Source of the DNA: Actinomycetes bacterium
GTDB taxonomy: Bacteria; Actinomycetota; Acidimicrobiia; Acidimicrobiales; Ilumatobacteraceae
Length of the DNA: 64,000 nucleotides
Direction: 5' to 3'
Assembly: GCA_031426215.1 (NCBI GenBank)
Contig: JANPKU010000021.1
Coordinates: 656-64,655, forward strand
The notes under the pieces were generated by a model, which was not told the DNA's origin, ran no database searches, and was given only the letters and a program-made list of their open reading frames with translations. The position numbers and the translations under genes are program-made. Below, one piece after another: positions 54,450 through 64,000 of this stretch (its first letter is position 1; each line of letters starts with the position of its first letter).

Positions 54450-56390
54450 TCAGGCGGACTGGCTGCGGCGCTTGGCTTCGCGGGCGCGGTTGGTCGGGTC
54501 GAGGTCGGCCTTGCGCAGCCGGATGTTCTGCGGGGTGACCTCGACGGACTCGTCGTCGGCGATGAACTCGAGCGCACCCTCCAACGACAGCACGCGATGC
54601 GGTGTGAGCTTGACCGTTTCGTCGGCCGACGCAGCACGCACGTTGGTCATCTTCTTCTCACGACAGATGTTGACGTCCATGTCGCCGGCGCGTGAGTTCT
54701 CGCCGACGATCATGCCGCAGTAGACCTCCGCGCCGGGGCCGACCATCATCGAGGCCCGGTCCTGGAGGTTCATCATGGCGTAGGTGGTCGCCGGACCCGT
54801 GCGGTCGGCGACGAGCACGCCGGTCTGACGCGAGCGGATCTCGCCGGCCCACGGTTCGTAGCCCTCGAAGGTGTGGCTGATCACGCCGGTGCCGCGGGTC
54901 TCGGTGAGGAACTCGGTACGGAAACCGATGAGCCCACGCGCCGGCACGAGGTAGTCGAGGCGAACCCAGCCCGAACCACCCATGTTCTGCATCCGCCCTT
55001 TGCGGGTGGCGAGCAGCTGGGTGACGGCGCCGAGGTGATCGTTGGGGACGTCGATCGTGACCCGCTCGACGGGTTCGTGGACCTTGCCATCGATCTCGTG
55101 GGTGAGCACCACCGGCTTGCCGACGTTGAGCTCGAAACCTTCGCGGCGCATCTGTTCGACGAGGATCGCCAGCTGCAGCTCACCACGGGCTTGTACTTCC
55201 CAGGCGTCGGGTCGCTCGGTGGGGAGCACGCGGATCGACACGTTGCCGACCAGCTCGGCGTCGAGACGGTTCTTGACGAGGCGGGCGGTCAGCTTCTTGC
55301 CCTCGCGGCCGGCGAGCGGTGACGTGTTGATGCCGATCGTCATCGACAGCGCCGGCTCGTCGACGGTGATCACGGGCAGCGCGACCGGGTTCTCGGGATC
55401 GGCCAGTGTCTCGCCGATGTAGATCTCCTCGATACCGGCGACCGCGACGAGGTCGCCTTGACGGGCTCCGTCGACGGGGACGCGGGTGAGATGCTCGGTG
55501 AGGAACAGCTCGGCGATCTTCGCCCGTGCAATCGTGCCGTCTCGCTTGCACCAGGCAACGGACTGGCCCTTCTTGATCTCGCCTTCCATGATGCGCAGGA
55601 GTGCGAGTCGGCCGAGATATGGCGAGGCGTCGAGGTTGGTCACCCATGCCTGCAACGGTGCGCCCTCGTGGTAGGTCGGCGAGGGGATGTGCTCGAGCAG
55701 GACCTCGACGAAATCGTGCAATGTCTTCTTCTCGACCGTGCCGGCGATGATGCCGTGTGCTTCGTCGAGGTCGAGCGTCGCCCAACCCTCGCGACCCGAG
55801 CAGTACACGATCGGGAACTCGACCTGATGCTCCTTGGCGTCGAGATCGAAGAACAGTTCGTATACCTCGTCGATCACCTCGAGGGTGCGGGCGTCGGCGC
55901 GGTCGACCTTGTTGATCACGAGGATCACGGGCAGGTTGCGAGCGAGCGCCTTACGCAGCACGAACCGGGTCTGCGGCAGCGGACCCTCGGCAGCGTCGAC
56001 GAGCAGGACGATGCCGTCGACCATGGTGAGCGCTCGTTCGACCTCACCACCGAAGTCGGCGTGGCCGGGCGTGTCGACGATGTTCAGTGTGATGTCGTCG
56101 CCGTTGCGCTCGTCGTGCCAGACGAGCGAGGTGTTCTTGGCGAGGATCGTGATGCCCTTCTCGCGTTCGAGGTCGCCGGAGTCCATGACGCGTTCGGCGA
56201 CTTCTTCGTTCGAGCGAAACGCACCGGACTGGTGCAGCATGGCGTCGACGAGGGTGGTCTTGCCGTGATCGACGTGCGCGACGATCGCCAGATTGCGGAT
56301 GTCGGTGCGGCGACGGATGGTTGCCGGGTCGGCGACATCGGTGTCGACGCCGGTCGGGTCCTCGAGAAGGGTCTGGTCGTGGGGGGACAC
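54450..56390 (-). CDS. typA: Translational GTPase TypA/BipA
   Basis: 646 aa, GTG start. [38 protein letters not shown]. Confidence 0.95.
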   Translation of the reverse strand: MSPHDQTLLEDPTGVDTDVADPATIRRRTDIRNLAIVAHVDHGKTTLVDAMLHQSGAFRSNEEVAERVMDSGDLEREKGITILAKNTSLVWHDERNGDDITLNIVDTPGHADFGGEVERALTMVDGIVLLVDAAEGPLPQTRFVLRKALARNLPVILVINKVDRADARTLEVIDEVYELFFDLDAKEHQVEFPIVYCSGREGWATLDLDEAHGIIAGTVEKKTLHDFVEVLLEHIPSPTYHEGAPLQAWVTNLDASPYLGRLALLRIMEGEIKKGQSVAWCKRDGTIARAKIAELFLTEHLTRVPVDGARQGDLVAVAGIEEIYIGETLADPENPVALPVITVDEPALSMTIGINTSPLAGREGKKLTARLVKNRLDAELVGNVSIRVLPTERPDAWEVQARGELQLAILVEQMRREGFELNVGKPVVLTHEIDGKVHEPVERVTIDVPNDHLGAVTQLLATRKGRMQNMGGSGWVRLDYLVPARGLIGFRTEFLTETRGTGVISHTFEGYEPWAGEIRSRQTGVLVADRTGPATTYAMMNLQDRASMMVGPGAEVYCGMIVGENSRAGDMDVNICREKKMTNVRAASADETVKLTPHRVLSLEGALEFIADDESVEVTPQNIRLRKADLDPTNRAREAKRRSQSA

Positions 56391-56430
56391 GACAAACCAC
56401 GCTATCGCCGGTTCGCGAGCGAGCGGAGTG

Positions 56431-57699
56431 TCACAGCCGGCTGTAACGCTCGACTTCCACTGAGAAGTTGTCGCGGTCGGCCTCGGAAATCGTGGGCACG
56501 GTCGACTCGAGCGCAGCGATCAGGTCGTCGTTGGTGATCGTGGCAGTGGTGTCGCCTTGGCGAACCGATCGGAAGACACCCGCCGCAGCCTGTTGGATGG
56601 CGCTGGCGATGTCGGCCGGGGTCAGACCTTCGGTGTGTTCGACGATCGCATCCGGATCGGCTGCCGAGGCCGGAATCGCTCCCAGCATGTCGGCCAGCAA
56701 GATGCGCCGCGTGTCGGCGTCCGGCGGTCCGATCGGGATCACCAGGTCGAAACGTCCGGGGCGAACCACGGCAGGGTCCAGCGCCGCGATCGAGTTGGTG
56801 GCACAGACCAGCAGCCGGCCGGGCGCCTCGCGGACCCGTACGATCGCCTTGAGCAACTCGTTCACCACCGCTTGGGTTTCCGGTCGGGCGGCGCGTGAAC
56901 TGGCGATGTCGTCGACTTCGTCGATGAACACCACGACGTGCTCGAGCGCCAGCAGGTCCTCGAACGCCCGGTGCAGTTCGTCGGCCATCATCGACGCCCC
57001 GTTGGCACCGAGTTTCGACGGGAGCAACTCCACGAACGGCCAGCCCAGACGACCGGCGATTGCCTTGGCGAACGACGTCTTGCCGGTTCCGGGCGGGCCG
57101 AACAAGAGCATCGCAGACGGCGCGAGGACTCCGAAATGGCTTGCCAGCTCCGACTCGATCAACGGGGCCAGCAGACGTTGTTCGACGATGTCGCGCTGCA
57201 TCGTGAGGCCCGAGAACGAGTTCCAGCGTGATGGAGCGATCAGTTCGCCGCTCCATCGCTCGAGAATCGAGAAGGCGGTCGGGCGCATCGGCTCGTCCTT
57301 CTCATAGAGCGCCAGGTTGGGGGTGACGTGGAATCCACGGTTGACCAACGCGGTCGCGCCGACCTGGTTCTCGGTGAGGAGCGCGACGATGCGGCGACAG
57401 CCTTCTTTCAAGAACACTGCCTCGGCGCGTTCGAGCAGTGCTGATCCGATGCCGTGCTTGCGCCACTCCGGTGCGATCGCAATGGCCACGATGCGTCCGA
57501 TGTCGCCTTCTACTCGGCCCACGAGCACGGCGACGACCGAGTCGCCGACACACGCCACGACGTTGGTGGTGGGTGTGCTGAGGTCGGCGACCAGCTCGCT
57601 GAGCGAAACGTGAGCGTCCGCGTCGCTCCCCGCACGTTCGAGCAGGCGAACGATCGCCGGCGTGTCGTCGACCTCGGAGAGTCGGATCGCCCAAGCCAT
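56431..57699 (-). CDS. GNAT N-acetyltransferase domain fused to a classic AAA+ ATPase domain
   Basis: ATG 57699 (MAWAIRL). GNAT motif A RIVAIAIAPEWRKHGIGSALL. AAA features: Walker A GPPGTGKTS, Walker B VVFIDEVD, sensor-1 CATN, RPGRFD. Confidence 0.8.
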   Translation of the reverse strand: MAWAIRLSEVDDTPAIVRLLERAGSDADAHVSLSELVADLSTPTTNVVACVGDSVVAVLVGRVEGDIGRIVAIAIAPEWRKHGIGSALLERAEAVFLKEGCRRIVALLTENQVGATALVNRGFHVTPNLALYEKDEPMRPTAFSILERWSGELIAPSRWNSFSGLTMQRDIVEQRLLAPLIESELASHFGVLAPSAMLLFGPPGTGKTSFAKAIAGRLGWPFVELLPSKLGANGASMMADELHRAFEDLLALEHVVVFIDEVDDIASSRAARPETQAVVNELLKAIVRVREAPGRLLVCATNSIAALDPAVVRPGRFDLVIPIGPPDADTRRILLADMLGAIPASAADPDAIVEHTEGLTPADIASAIQQAAAGVFRSVRQGDTTATITNDDLIAALESTVPTISEADRDNFSVEVERYSRL

Positions 57700-57826
57700 C
57701 CTCGGACAGTAGGAGCGATCGGAAACGCGATCTTGTCGTGCTCCGGGAAAGGTCACTCGAACGCAGCCCAGGTTTCCCGGTCGAGCCCGCAGGGTACTCA
57801 CGTGCCCGACGATCGAAAGGGACGAG

Positions 57827-58477
57827 ATGACCGAAGTCAACCGCACCGACACGACGGGCGGGCCGACGCCCGGCTCACCCATGACGCTGGCCGCGTGGGC
57901 TCGCAGTCACGCCCCCCATCTCAGTGAGGTGTCGAACTCGAATCCGGCCGCCACGCTCGGCCGCCACAACCTGGTCGCGATCACGGGCGACATCGAGGCA
58001 GCTCGGGTCGTCGCACTCGACTTCGAGCGGACCTCCGCAGATGACGCCGACACCACGATGGTCGTCCTGGGTCATGCAGTGTCGCGGGAAGACACCGGTC
58101 AGGCCGATCCCGAGGGCGTCACCTCCCATGCAGCACGCAAGACCTTCCTCGGGGGAATCCCGGGCGCCGTCGTCTGCGCACTGATTCTCGGCGTCGGCGT
58201 GTGGCTGGTCACCGAGAGCGGCCCGGCGACCCTCGCAGCTGCGGTCGGCGGCACGATTTTCGGGTTCTCGGTGACGGCGGTCTGGAGCTTCGTGATCGGT
58301 ACGGGCCAGAGTCCGGCCTATCAACAAGGGTTCATCGATCCGGAAGCTGCTGACGCAATCGTCGTGGCGATCACCGTCGATGATGCGGCGCTGGTCGACC
58401 AAGCGCGCCAAGCAGTCTCCGCCGATGACAGGGTTCGGTTGTTCGTGCTGAACGAGCGGGGCCAGCCGATCGATTGA
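57827..58477 (+). CDS. Hypothetical protein with two central TM helices
   Basis: 216 aa. ATG follows GAAAGGGA. Central G-rich hydrophobic pair (GIPGAVVCALILGVGVWLV / AAAVGGTIFGFSVTAVWSFVIG) flanked by small soluble segments. Confidence 0.6.
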   Translation: MTEVNRTDTTGGPTPGSPMTLAAWARSHAPHLSEVSNSNPAATLGRHNLVAITGDIEAARVVALDFERTSADDADTTMVVLGHAVSREDTGQADPEGVTSHAARKTFLGGIPGAVVCALILGVGVWLVTESGPATLAAAVGGTIFGFSVTAVWSFVIGTGQSPAYQQGFIDPEAADAIVVAITVDDAALVDQARQAVSADDRVRLFVLNERGQPID

Positions 58478-58492
58478 CCCGCACCGTCTTCG

Positions 58493-60058
58493 TCAGCCCA
58501 CGCGGCGGTCGCGACCCTCCCAGTAGGGCTCGCGGAGATCTTTCTTCAGGACCTTGCCGCTCGGGTTACGCGGCAGCATGTCGGTCCAGTCGACGCTCGT
58601 CGGACACTTGAAGGTGGCGAGGCGTTCCTTGGCGTAGGCGATGATGTCGGCTTCGGTGAGCTCGTTGCCGGGCACCTTCACGACCACCGCTTTCGCGGTC
58701 TCACCCCACTTGTCGTGCGGCACACCGATCACTGCGACGTCAGCGATACCGGGATGGCCCATCAGGACGTTCTCGACCTCGGCGGGATACACGTTCTCGC
58801 CTCCTGACACGATCATGTCCTTCACCCGATCGTGGATGTAAAGGTAACCGTCGGCGTCGAGGTAGCCGGCATCGCCCGACTTGAACCAGCCGTCAGCGGT
58901 GATGGCCTTCTCGGTCTCCTCGGGCTGCTTCCAGTACCCCTGCATCACCTGGGCCGACCTGATCCAGATCTCGCCCACTTCACCGACCTCGCAGTCGGCA
59001 TCGCCATCGCCGACGATACGGATCTCGACGCCCGGCCCAGGCAGACCGCACGAACGCAGGCGATGCCGGTTGGGTCCGGTGGTGTCGTGATCATCGGGTG
59101 CGAGGTTGACCACGGAACCGGTGGTCTCGGTGAGTCCGTAGGCCTGCCAGAACTTGCACGGCTTGAACATCTCGACGCACTTCGAGAGCACGTCCTCGCT
59201 GATCGGCGACGCGCCGTAGACCACGATCTGCAGGCTCGAATAATCAGCGGCGTCGACGCCCGGCACCATCAGCATGAACGCCAGCACCGCCGGAACGATG
59301 AACGCGTGCGTGATGCGCTGCTCCTCGATCGTGCGGATCAGGGCCGCCGGGTCGAGTTCACGGAAGATCACCGAGGTGCAGCCCTCGAACATCCCGGCGA
59401 TGGCCCAACCACCGCCACCGATGTGGAACAGCGGCATCGCGATCAGGTTCACGGCGTCGGGCGACAGCTCCCACATGTCCTTGGCCAACGGCAGCAGGCT
59501 GAAGAAGTTGTCGTTGGAGAGCATCACCCCTTTCGGTCGCCCGGTGGTACCCGACGAATACAGCTGGAACGCGACATCGTCGTGCGCCGACACCGACCCG
59601 GCATCCTCGGCGGGGAACGACGCCACCCAGTCCTCGTAACACTCGTAGCCGTCGTGCCCGCCGATCACGAGTATCCGAGTGACCGTGGTGAGGTTGCCGC
59701 GGATCGCGTCGATGACCGGCACGAAGTCGGGTCCGACCACGAGGATCTTGGCGTCGGCGTCGTTGACGATGTACTCGACCTCGGGCGGAGCGAGGCGCCA
59801 GTTGACATCGACGCACACCGCGTTCAGCAGGGCCGCGCCGAAGAACACCTCGAAGTGTTCGATGCCGTTCTTGTCGATGAACGCAATGCGGTCCTGCGCA
59901 CCGACGCCGTCGGCGGCGAGCGCCTGCGAGACCTGCGCAGCTCGCGACGCGAGTGCTGCCCAGCTGAGCGTTCGATCGCCTTGGATCAGGGCCGGGTGCT
60001 CGGCACGGTCGACCCCATGGACGCGGATGATGTCGGCAAGACTGTTGATGTTCCCCAT
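58493..60058 (-). CDS. Acyl-CoA synthetase (AMP-binding family)
   Basis: ATG 60058 (MGNINSLADI). YSSGTTGRPKGV, GWFKSGD, SGKVLKK. The longer ORF start at 60385 overlaps the P450 3' end. Confidence 0.9.
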   Translation of the reverse strand: MGNINSLADIIRVHGVDRAEHPALIQGDRTLSWAALASRAAQVSQALAADGVGAQDRIAFIDKNGIEHFEVFFGAALLNAVCVDVNWRLAPPEVEYIVNDADAKILVVGPDFVPVIDAIRGNLTTVTRILVIGGHDGYECYEDWVASFPAEDAGSVSAHDDVAFQLYSSGTTGRPKGVMLSNDNFFSLLPLAKDMWELSPDAVNLIAMPLFHIGGGGWAIAGMFEGCTSVIFRELDPAALIRTIEEQRITHAFIVPAVLAFMLMVPGVDAADYSSLQIVVYGASPISEDVLSKCVEMFKPCKFWQAYGLTETTGSVVNLAPDDHDTTGPNRHRLRSCGLPGPGVEIRIVGDGDADCEVGEVGEIWIRSAQVMQGYWKQPEETEKAITADGWFKSGDAGYLDADGYLYIHDRVKDMIVSGGENVYPAEVENVLMGHPGIADVAVIGVPHDKWGETAKAVVVKVPGNELTEADIIAYAKERLATFKCPTSVDWTDMLPRNPSGKVLKKDLREPYWEGRDRRVG

Positions 60059-60095
60059 GCGTGCCGAACGTAGTACCCGCCGGGGTGGCCGCCGG

Positions 60096-61295
60096 TCACC
60101 GTGGGCGGACGGTGAATCCCAACCGGAACGACTCGACGGCGCGGGCGAAGATGTTCGCTTCGACGACCGGTTCATCGACGACACGCAGGTCGGTGACGCG
60201 CCGGCTGAGCTGGCCGAACACGGCCGCAAGCGACGCTCGGGCCACGTGGGTGCCGATGCACAGGTGGGTGCCGAACCCGAAGGCGACGTGAGGGTTCGGG
60301 TGTCGTCTGATGTCGAAGGTGAACGGGTCGGCGAACACCGACTCGTCGTGGTTCGCGGACGGATACAGCAGGATGACCCGGTCACCGCGCCGCACGGGCT
60401 GCTCGCCGATGTGGTCGTCGCTGGCCACTCGCCGGAAGAAGTTGTTGAGCGGGGTCACCCATCGCAACACCTCCTCGACGGCACCGGGAACGAGATCGGG
60501 ATCGCGCCCGATCGCGTCCCACTGCTCGGGATGCTGGGCGAAGGCGTGCAGGCCGTGAGCGATCGCGGTGCGGGTGGTCTCCGCACCGCCGGCGATGAAG
60601 AGCCCGACCTCGTGCACGATCGCCGCGGGTGGGAGCGGTTCGCCGTCGATCGTCGAATGCAGCCACACGCTGATCAGATCGTCGCCCGGTTCGGCGAGCT
60701 TCTTCGGCGCGATCTCGCCGAGCACTCCGACGAATTCCATGTTCGCCGCAAAGAAGTCGCGGAACGCCTCACCGTCGCGGTCGCGCATGTCGGTACGCAT
60801 CAGTCGCTCGGACCATGACTTGATCTGCGGCCACATCTCCTCGGGGAAGCCGAGGATCCGAGCGGTGAACCGGGCCGGGAGCTGCCCTGCGAGCGCCTCG
60901 ATCACGTCCATCTCGTCACCCGCAGCGAGCGCATCGTCGATCAGTTCGTCGACCAGTGCAACGATCTCGGTTTGGCGCTGGGCCACGGACTTCCCGGTCA
61001 GCTTGGGCTGCACCAGCATGCGCTGCTGGCGGTGGCGTGGGTCGTCCTGGGCGATCATGTTGATCTCCTCGCCCGACCACAGGGCCCGATACCCCTGGCC
61101 TGACAGGAACACCGTCGAGCGACGCTCGACGTCCATCAGGTCGGCATGGCGAGTGACCGCCCACAGCCCGTTGCGGTCGTCGTGGTACACCGGCTCGTTG
61201 GCTCGCATCCACGCCCAGACGTCGTGCGGGTTGCGCTGGTAGAGGCTCGGATCCAGCAGGTCGACGGCGAGACGATCGGATTCGATGGCGGTCAT
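60096..61295 (-). CDS. Cytochrome P450
   Basis: 399 aa. Heme-binding loop FGFGTHLCIG, EEVLR (ExxR), AGGAETT I-helix. Confidence 0.95.
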   Translation of the reverse strand: MTAIESDRLAVDLLDPSLYQRNPHDVWAWMRANEPVYHDDRNGLWAVTRHADLMDVERRSTVFLSGQGYRALWSGEEINMIAQDDPRHRQQRMLVQPKLTGKSVAQRQTEIVALVDELIDDALAAGDEMDVIEALAGQLPARFTARILGFPEEMWPQIKSWSERLMRTDMRDRDGEAFRDFFAANMEFVGVLGEIAPKKLAEPGDDLISVWLHSTIDGEPLPPAAIVHEVGLFIAGGAETTRTAIAHGLHAFAQHPEQWDAIGRDPDLVPGAVEEVLRWVTPLNNFFRRVASDDHIGEQPVRRGDRVILLYPSANHDESVFADPFTFDIRRHPNPHVAFGFGTHLCIGTHVARASLAAVFGQLSRRVTDLRVVDEPVVEANIFARAVESFRLGFTVRPR

Positions 61296-61328
61296 GGCGC
61301 CATCGTCGCAGACGATGCTCGGCTGGGA

Positions 61329-62039
61329 TCAGTCGCGGCGACGTTCGCCGAAGGTGTTCCAGTGGGTGACGGCGCTGGCGGGTTTGCGGGGCGCAACACC
61401 GAAGTTGCCGGCAGGCCGACCGACCGGGATGCAGGCGGCGATCTCGAAACGCGGGCTGCCATCGTCGTTCGCCGGCACCCCGAGCACTTCGAGCGTTTCG
61501 GCGGCGTGGATGCGGATCACCGTGGTGAGCGACGTGCCGATGCCGAGTGCCCGCGCTGCCACGCAGAAGTTCTGGACCGCCGGGTACACGCTGGCGTCGA
61601 GCCGCCCGATGTCCATGGGGCCGTCGTCGTCGGACGGGGTCCACGGGATGATCGGCTGGAGGAAGAAGACGATCGCCGGCGCGTCCTGCACGTGATCGGC
61701 CAGGTGACGACTCGCCGCGCGGGTCTTGCGCCACGACTCCGCAGCCGCCTCGTCGCGGAACGCGCTCGCTTCGGGCAGTGACTTCTCGTAACGATCGAAC
61801 GACGCTCGGTACCAACGTGCGATCTCGCCCTTGCGATCGGGGTCGGTGACCACCACGTACTGCTGCGGCTGTACGTTGCCGCCGCTCGGTGCCTGCTGGG
61901 CGGCGCGCAGGCAGGTGGCGATCTCGGCGTCGGTGACCGGCTCGTCGCTGAACCGACGGATCGCTCGGGTGGTCATCAACGCCTCGATGGCGTCGATCGT
62001 CGGTGAGGTGTTCGTGTCGTTCATCGTCCCTCGAATCAT
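61329..62039 (-). CDS. Nitroreductase-family protein
   Basis: 236 aa. ATG overlaps the crotonase stop (ATGA). R.IRRF....V.......L.AA..APSGGN.QP motif. Confidence 0.85.
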   Translation of the reverse strand: MIRGTMNDTNTSPTIDAIEALMTTRAIRRFSDEPVTDAEIATCLRAAQQAPSGGNVQPQQYVVVTDPDRKGEIARWYRASFDRYEKSLPEASAFRDEAAAESWRKTRAASRHLADHVQDAPAIVFFLQPIIPWTPSDDDGPMDIGRLDASVYPAVQNFCVAARALGIGTSLTTVIRIHAAETLEVLGVPANDDGSPRFEIAACIPVGRPAGNFGVAPRKPASAVTHWNTFGERRRD

Positions 62040-62815
62040 CGTCCCTGGAACTTCGGTGCGCGTTTGTCGACGAAGGCACTGACCGCTTCGGCGTGATCAG
62101 CGGAGTGGAAGCAGCTCATCTCGAGCGCCGTCGAGAGGTCGAAACTCGTGAGCAGCACCTGCTTGACCTGCGCATTGATCGCGACCTTCGTGCCCTGCAC
62201 GGCGAGTGGCGGCTGCGACGCGAGTCGCTGTGCCCACCCTCGAGCGACCGAGAGCACCTCCTCGGCGGCGCACACCTCCGAGGCCACCCCGAGTCGCAGC
62301 GCCTCGTCGGCGCCGAGTGGTTCACCGAGCAGGAGATGCCGCTTGGCAGCGAGTGGCCCGACGAGGAGTGGCCAGATGGCGGCACCACCATCGCCGGCGA
62401 CCAGCCCGACCTGCACGTGCGGGTCGATGATCGACGCAGTGTCGGCCATGACGATCACGTCGCACAGGAGCGCCAGAGAAGCTCCCAGGCCCACGGCCGG
62501 GCCGTTGAGCGCGCACACGATCGGCACCTCGACGTCGAGCAGGTTCCAGATCAGCTGCTTGCCCTCACGTCGCAGCGCGTGCAGACGATCCGGGCTGCGC
62601 AACTGGGGGAACCACGACATGTCGCCGCCGGCCGAGAACGCTCGACCAGATCCTGTGAGCACGATGGCGCGCGCTTCGCGTTCGGCGGACAACGTCCGGA
62701 ACAGCTCCCACAGGTCGTGGTGGAGTTGCTCGTCGACGGCGTTCATCGTCGAGTTCGGGTGGTCGATCGTGACGATCAGCAGATCGCCGTCGCGTTCGGT
62801 TCGGATCGTGTCCAT
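62036..62815 (-). CDS. Enoyl-CoA hydratase/isomerase (crotonase) family protein
   Basis: 259 aa. FSAGGDM oxyanion segment, NGPAVGLGASLALLCD. Confidence 0.9.
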   Translation of the reverse strand: MDTIRTERDGDLLIVTIDHPNSTMNAVDEQLHHDLWELFRTLSAEREARAIVLTGSGRAFSAGGDMSWFPQLRSPDRLHALRREGKQLIWNLLDVEVPIVCALNGPAVGLGASLALLCDVIVMADTASIIDPHVQVGLVAGDGGAAIWPLLVGPLAAKRHLLLGEPLGADEALRLGVASEVCAAEEVLSVARGWAQRLASQPPLAVQGTKVAINAQVKQVLLTSFDLSTALEMSCFHSADHAEAVSAFVDKRAPKFQGR

Positions 62816-62827
62816 CAGCGCATCACC

Positions 62828-63967
62828 TCAGAACATCGATGTGTCGACGTCGAGCCCGAGCAGCAGCTTGCCGATCGTCTCGTTGAGCTTCGGAGCAGTC
62901 TGGATGTGTTGGGTGACGATGTGGGCGTCGCGCAGGCACCGACCGAGCAGGCTGGTGTCGTACACGGCGGTGCCGCCGGCGAGCGTGAAGGCCACATCGG
63001 CCACCTCTGCGCCGACCGAGGCGGCATGGGTTGCGGCGAGGCGGATCCCGGTACGGGCCTTTACGGTCACGTCGTCGCCGGCCACTGATGCGTCCCACGC
63101 CGACTGCAACTCGTCGAGCAGGAACGCACGGGCAGCACGGAGCTTGCCGTCGGCCCGAGCCAGTTCGATCTGCGTGTAACTGCTCTGGGCGAGTGTCTTC
63201 GACGAGTACTGCGGTTTCTTGCCTTGGGCGAGTTCGACCAGTTCGTCGAGCGCCCGCCGAGCGACGCCCAGCGCCACCGCCGACACGCCAGCGGCCAGCA
63301 AGGTGAAGTTCGGGAATTGCGACAGCGGCGTGCACACCACCGGGCGGGTCACGCCTGGTTGCACCGTTCGTGCCGACGGCACGAACACCTCGGTCACCGA
63401 GTAGTCGAGCGAGCCCGAGCCGCGCATCCCGGTCGTGAACCAGGTGTCGTGGAAGGTGACCTCCGATTGCGGAAACCAGCACAACCGGAACGTGCCGTCG
63501 TCACACAGCGCCCCGCCGAGCACCCATCGACAGTGCTGCGTGCCACTCCCCCACGCCCATCGGCCACTCACCGAGAATCCATCGACGCCACCGTGCGTCG
63601 TGGCAACCCCTTTGCCGTTCGGCGCGAAGACTCCTCCCGTGACCGACGTCGGGTCGCCGTAGATCTCGCGGGCCGTTGCTTCGGGCAGCAGCGACGACAT
63701 CGACGACGTGGTCGAGGCGATCATCGTGCACCAACCGGCGGCGCCGTCGCTGTGGGCGACCGCCTCGATGGCTCGAACGAGCGTGACCGGATCGACCTCG
63801 GGTCCGCCGTAGGTTTCAGGCACGCACATCCGCAGCAACCGTGCATCGCTGAGCGCCTTCACCGTGACGAGGGGCAGACGCCGGATGCGTTCGCCGTCGT
63901 CGGCGTTCGCCTCGATCAATTCCGCAAGGTCTCGTGCAGCATCGACGATCGACGGTGCGCTGGTCAT
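62828..63967 (-). CDS. Acyl-CoA dehydrogenase-family flavoprotein
   Basis: 379 aa. ACAD-like layout (PE.YGG.E.., GAAGWC, G.W.W.SG). The catalytic base was not assessed. Confidence 0.8.
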   Translation of the reverse strand: MTSAPSIVDAARDLAELIEANADDGERIRRLPLVTVKALSDARLLRMCVPETYGGPEVDPVTLVRAIEAVAHSDGAAGWCTMIASTTSSMSSLLPEATAREIYGDPTSVTGGVFAPNGKGVATTHGGVDGFSVSGRWAWGSGTQHCRWVLGGALCDDGTFRLCWFPQSEVTFHDTWFTTGMRGSGSLDYSVTEVFVPSARTVQPGVTRPVVCTPLSQFPNFTLLAAGVSAVALGVARRALDELVELAQGKKPQYSSKTLAQSSYTQIELARADGKLRAARAFLLDELQSAWDASVAGDDVTVKARTGIRLAATHAASVGAEVADVAFTLAGGTAVYDTSLLGRCLRDAHIVTQHIQTAPKLNETIGKLLLGLDVDTSMF

Positions 63968-64000
63968 GGCCGCGACTGTAGGCCCAGTCGGCGATGTGCT

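Noticed and set aside
1-64000. CRISPR arrays, rRNA, integrases or recombinases, phage structural genes, toxin-antitoxin pairs and known defence-system genes
   Set aside because: I looked for regular short repeats, recombinase or nuclease hallmark motifs and small paired ORFs in every gap. The window is almost fully occupied by the genes listed, and none of these was found.

Overview
High-GC, very gene-dense chromosomal segment that reads like an Actinomycetota core region (CarD, RNase J, F420-type LLM oxidoreductase and an Rv2466c-like DsbA protein are the lineage hints). Recognisable blocks are rimP-nusA-ylxR-infB-(DsbA-like)-rbfA-truB-ribF, rpsO-pnp-dapB, dapA-rnj, ftsK, rimO-pgsA-cinA, carD, proS and typA. 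Around them sit metabolic genes (GH3, GH29 fusion, class-III aminotransferase, two acyl-CoA ligases, a P450/nitroreductase/crotonase/ACAD operon), an amino-acid ABC transporter and a MoxR-DUF58-VWA trio. I call 58 CDS, one tRNA-Arg(UCU) and an adjacent 5'-truncated copy of that tRNA. I saw no rRNA, CRISPR array, integrase, phage genes or recognisable toxin-antitoxin or defence genes. I did not find a convincing multi-gene novel system. The most unusual content, in order: (1) a REPtron-like unit, a long Y1/HUH (RAYT-type) transposase bracketed by a 31-nt perfect palindrome and inserted between tpx and dapB, with a third palindrome copy 28.5 kb away; (2) a GNAT-AAA+ ATPase fusion next to a divergent small membrane protein; (3) the tRNA-Arg with a tandem truncated copy; (4) a terminator-like hairpin in the leader of the rimP-nusA operon; (5) a second family of tandem hairpin repeats at the left edge. 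Many long ORFs in the supplied track are antisense artefacts of the high GC content. Many true starts are internal ATG/GTG codons, often in 4-nt stop/start overlaps (GTGA/ATGA). All family assignments come from reading motifs by eye; no database search was run.
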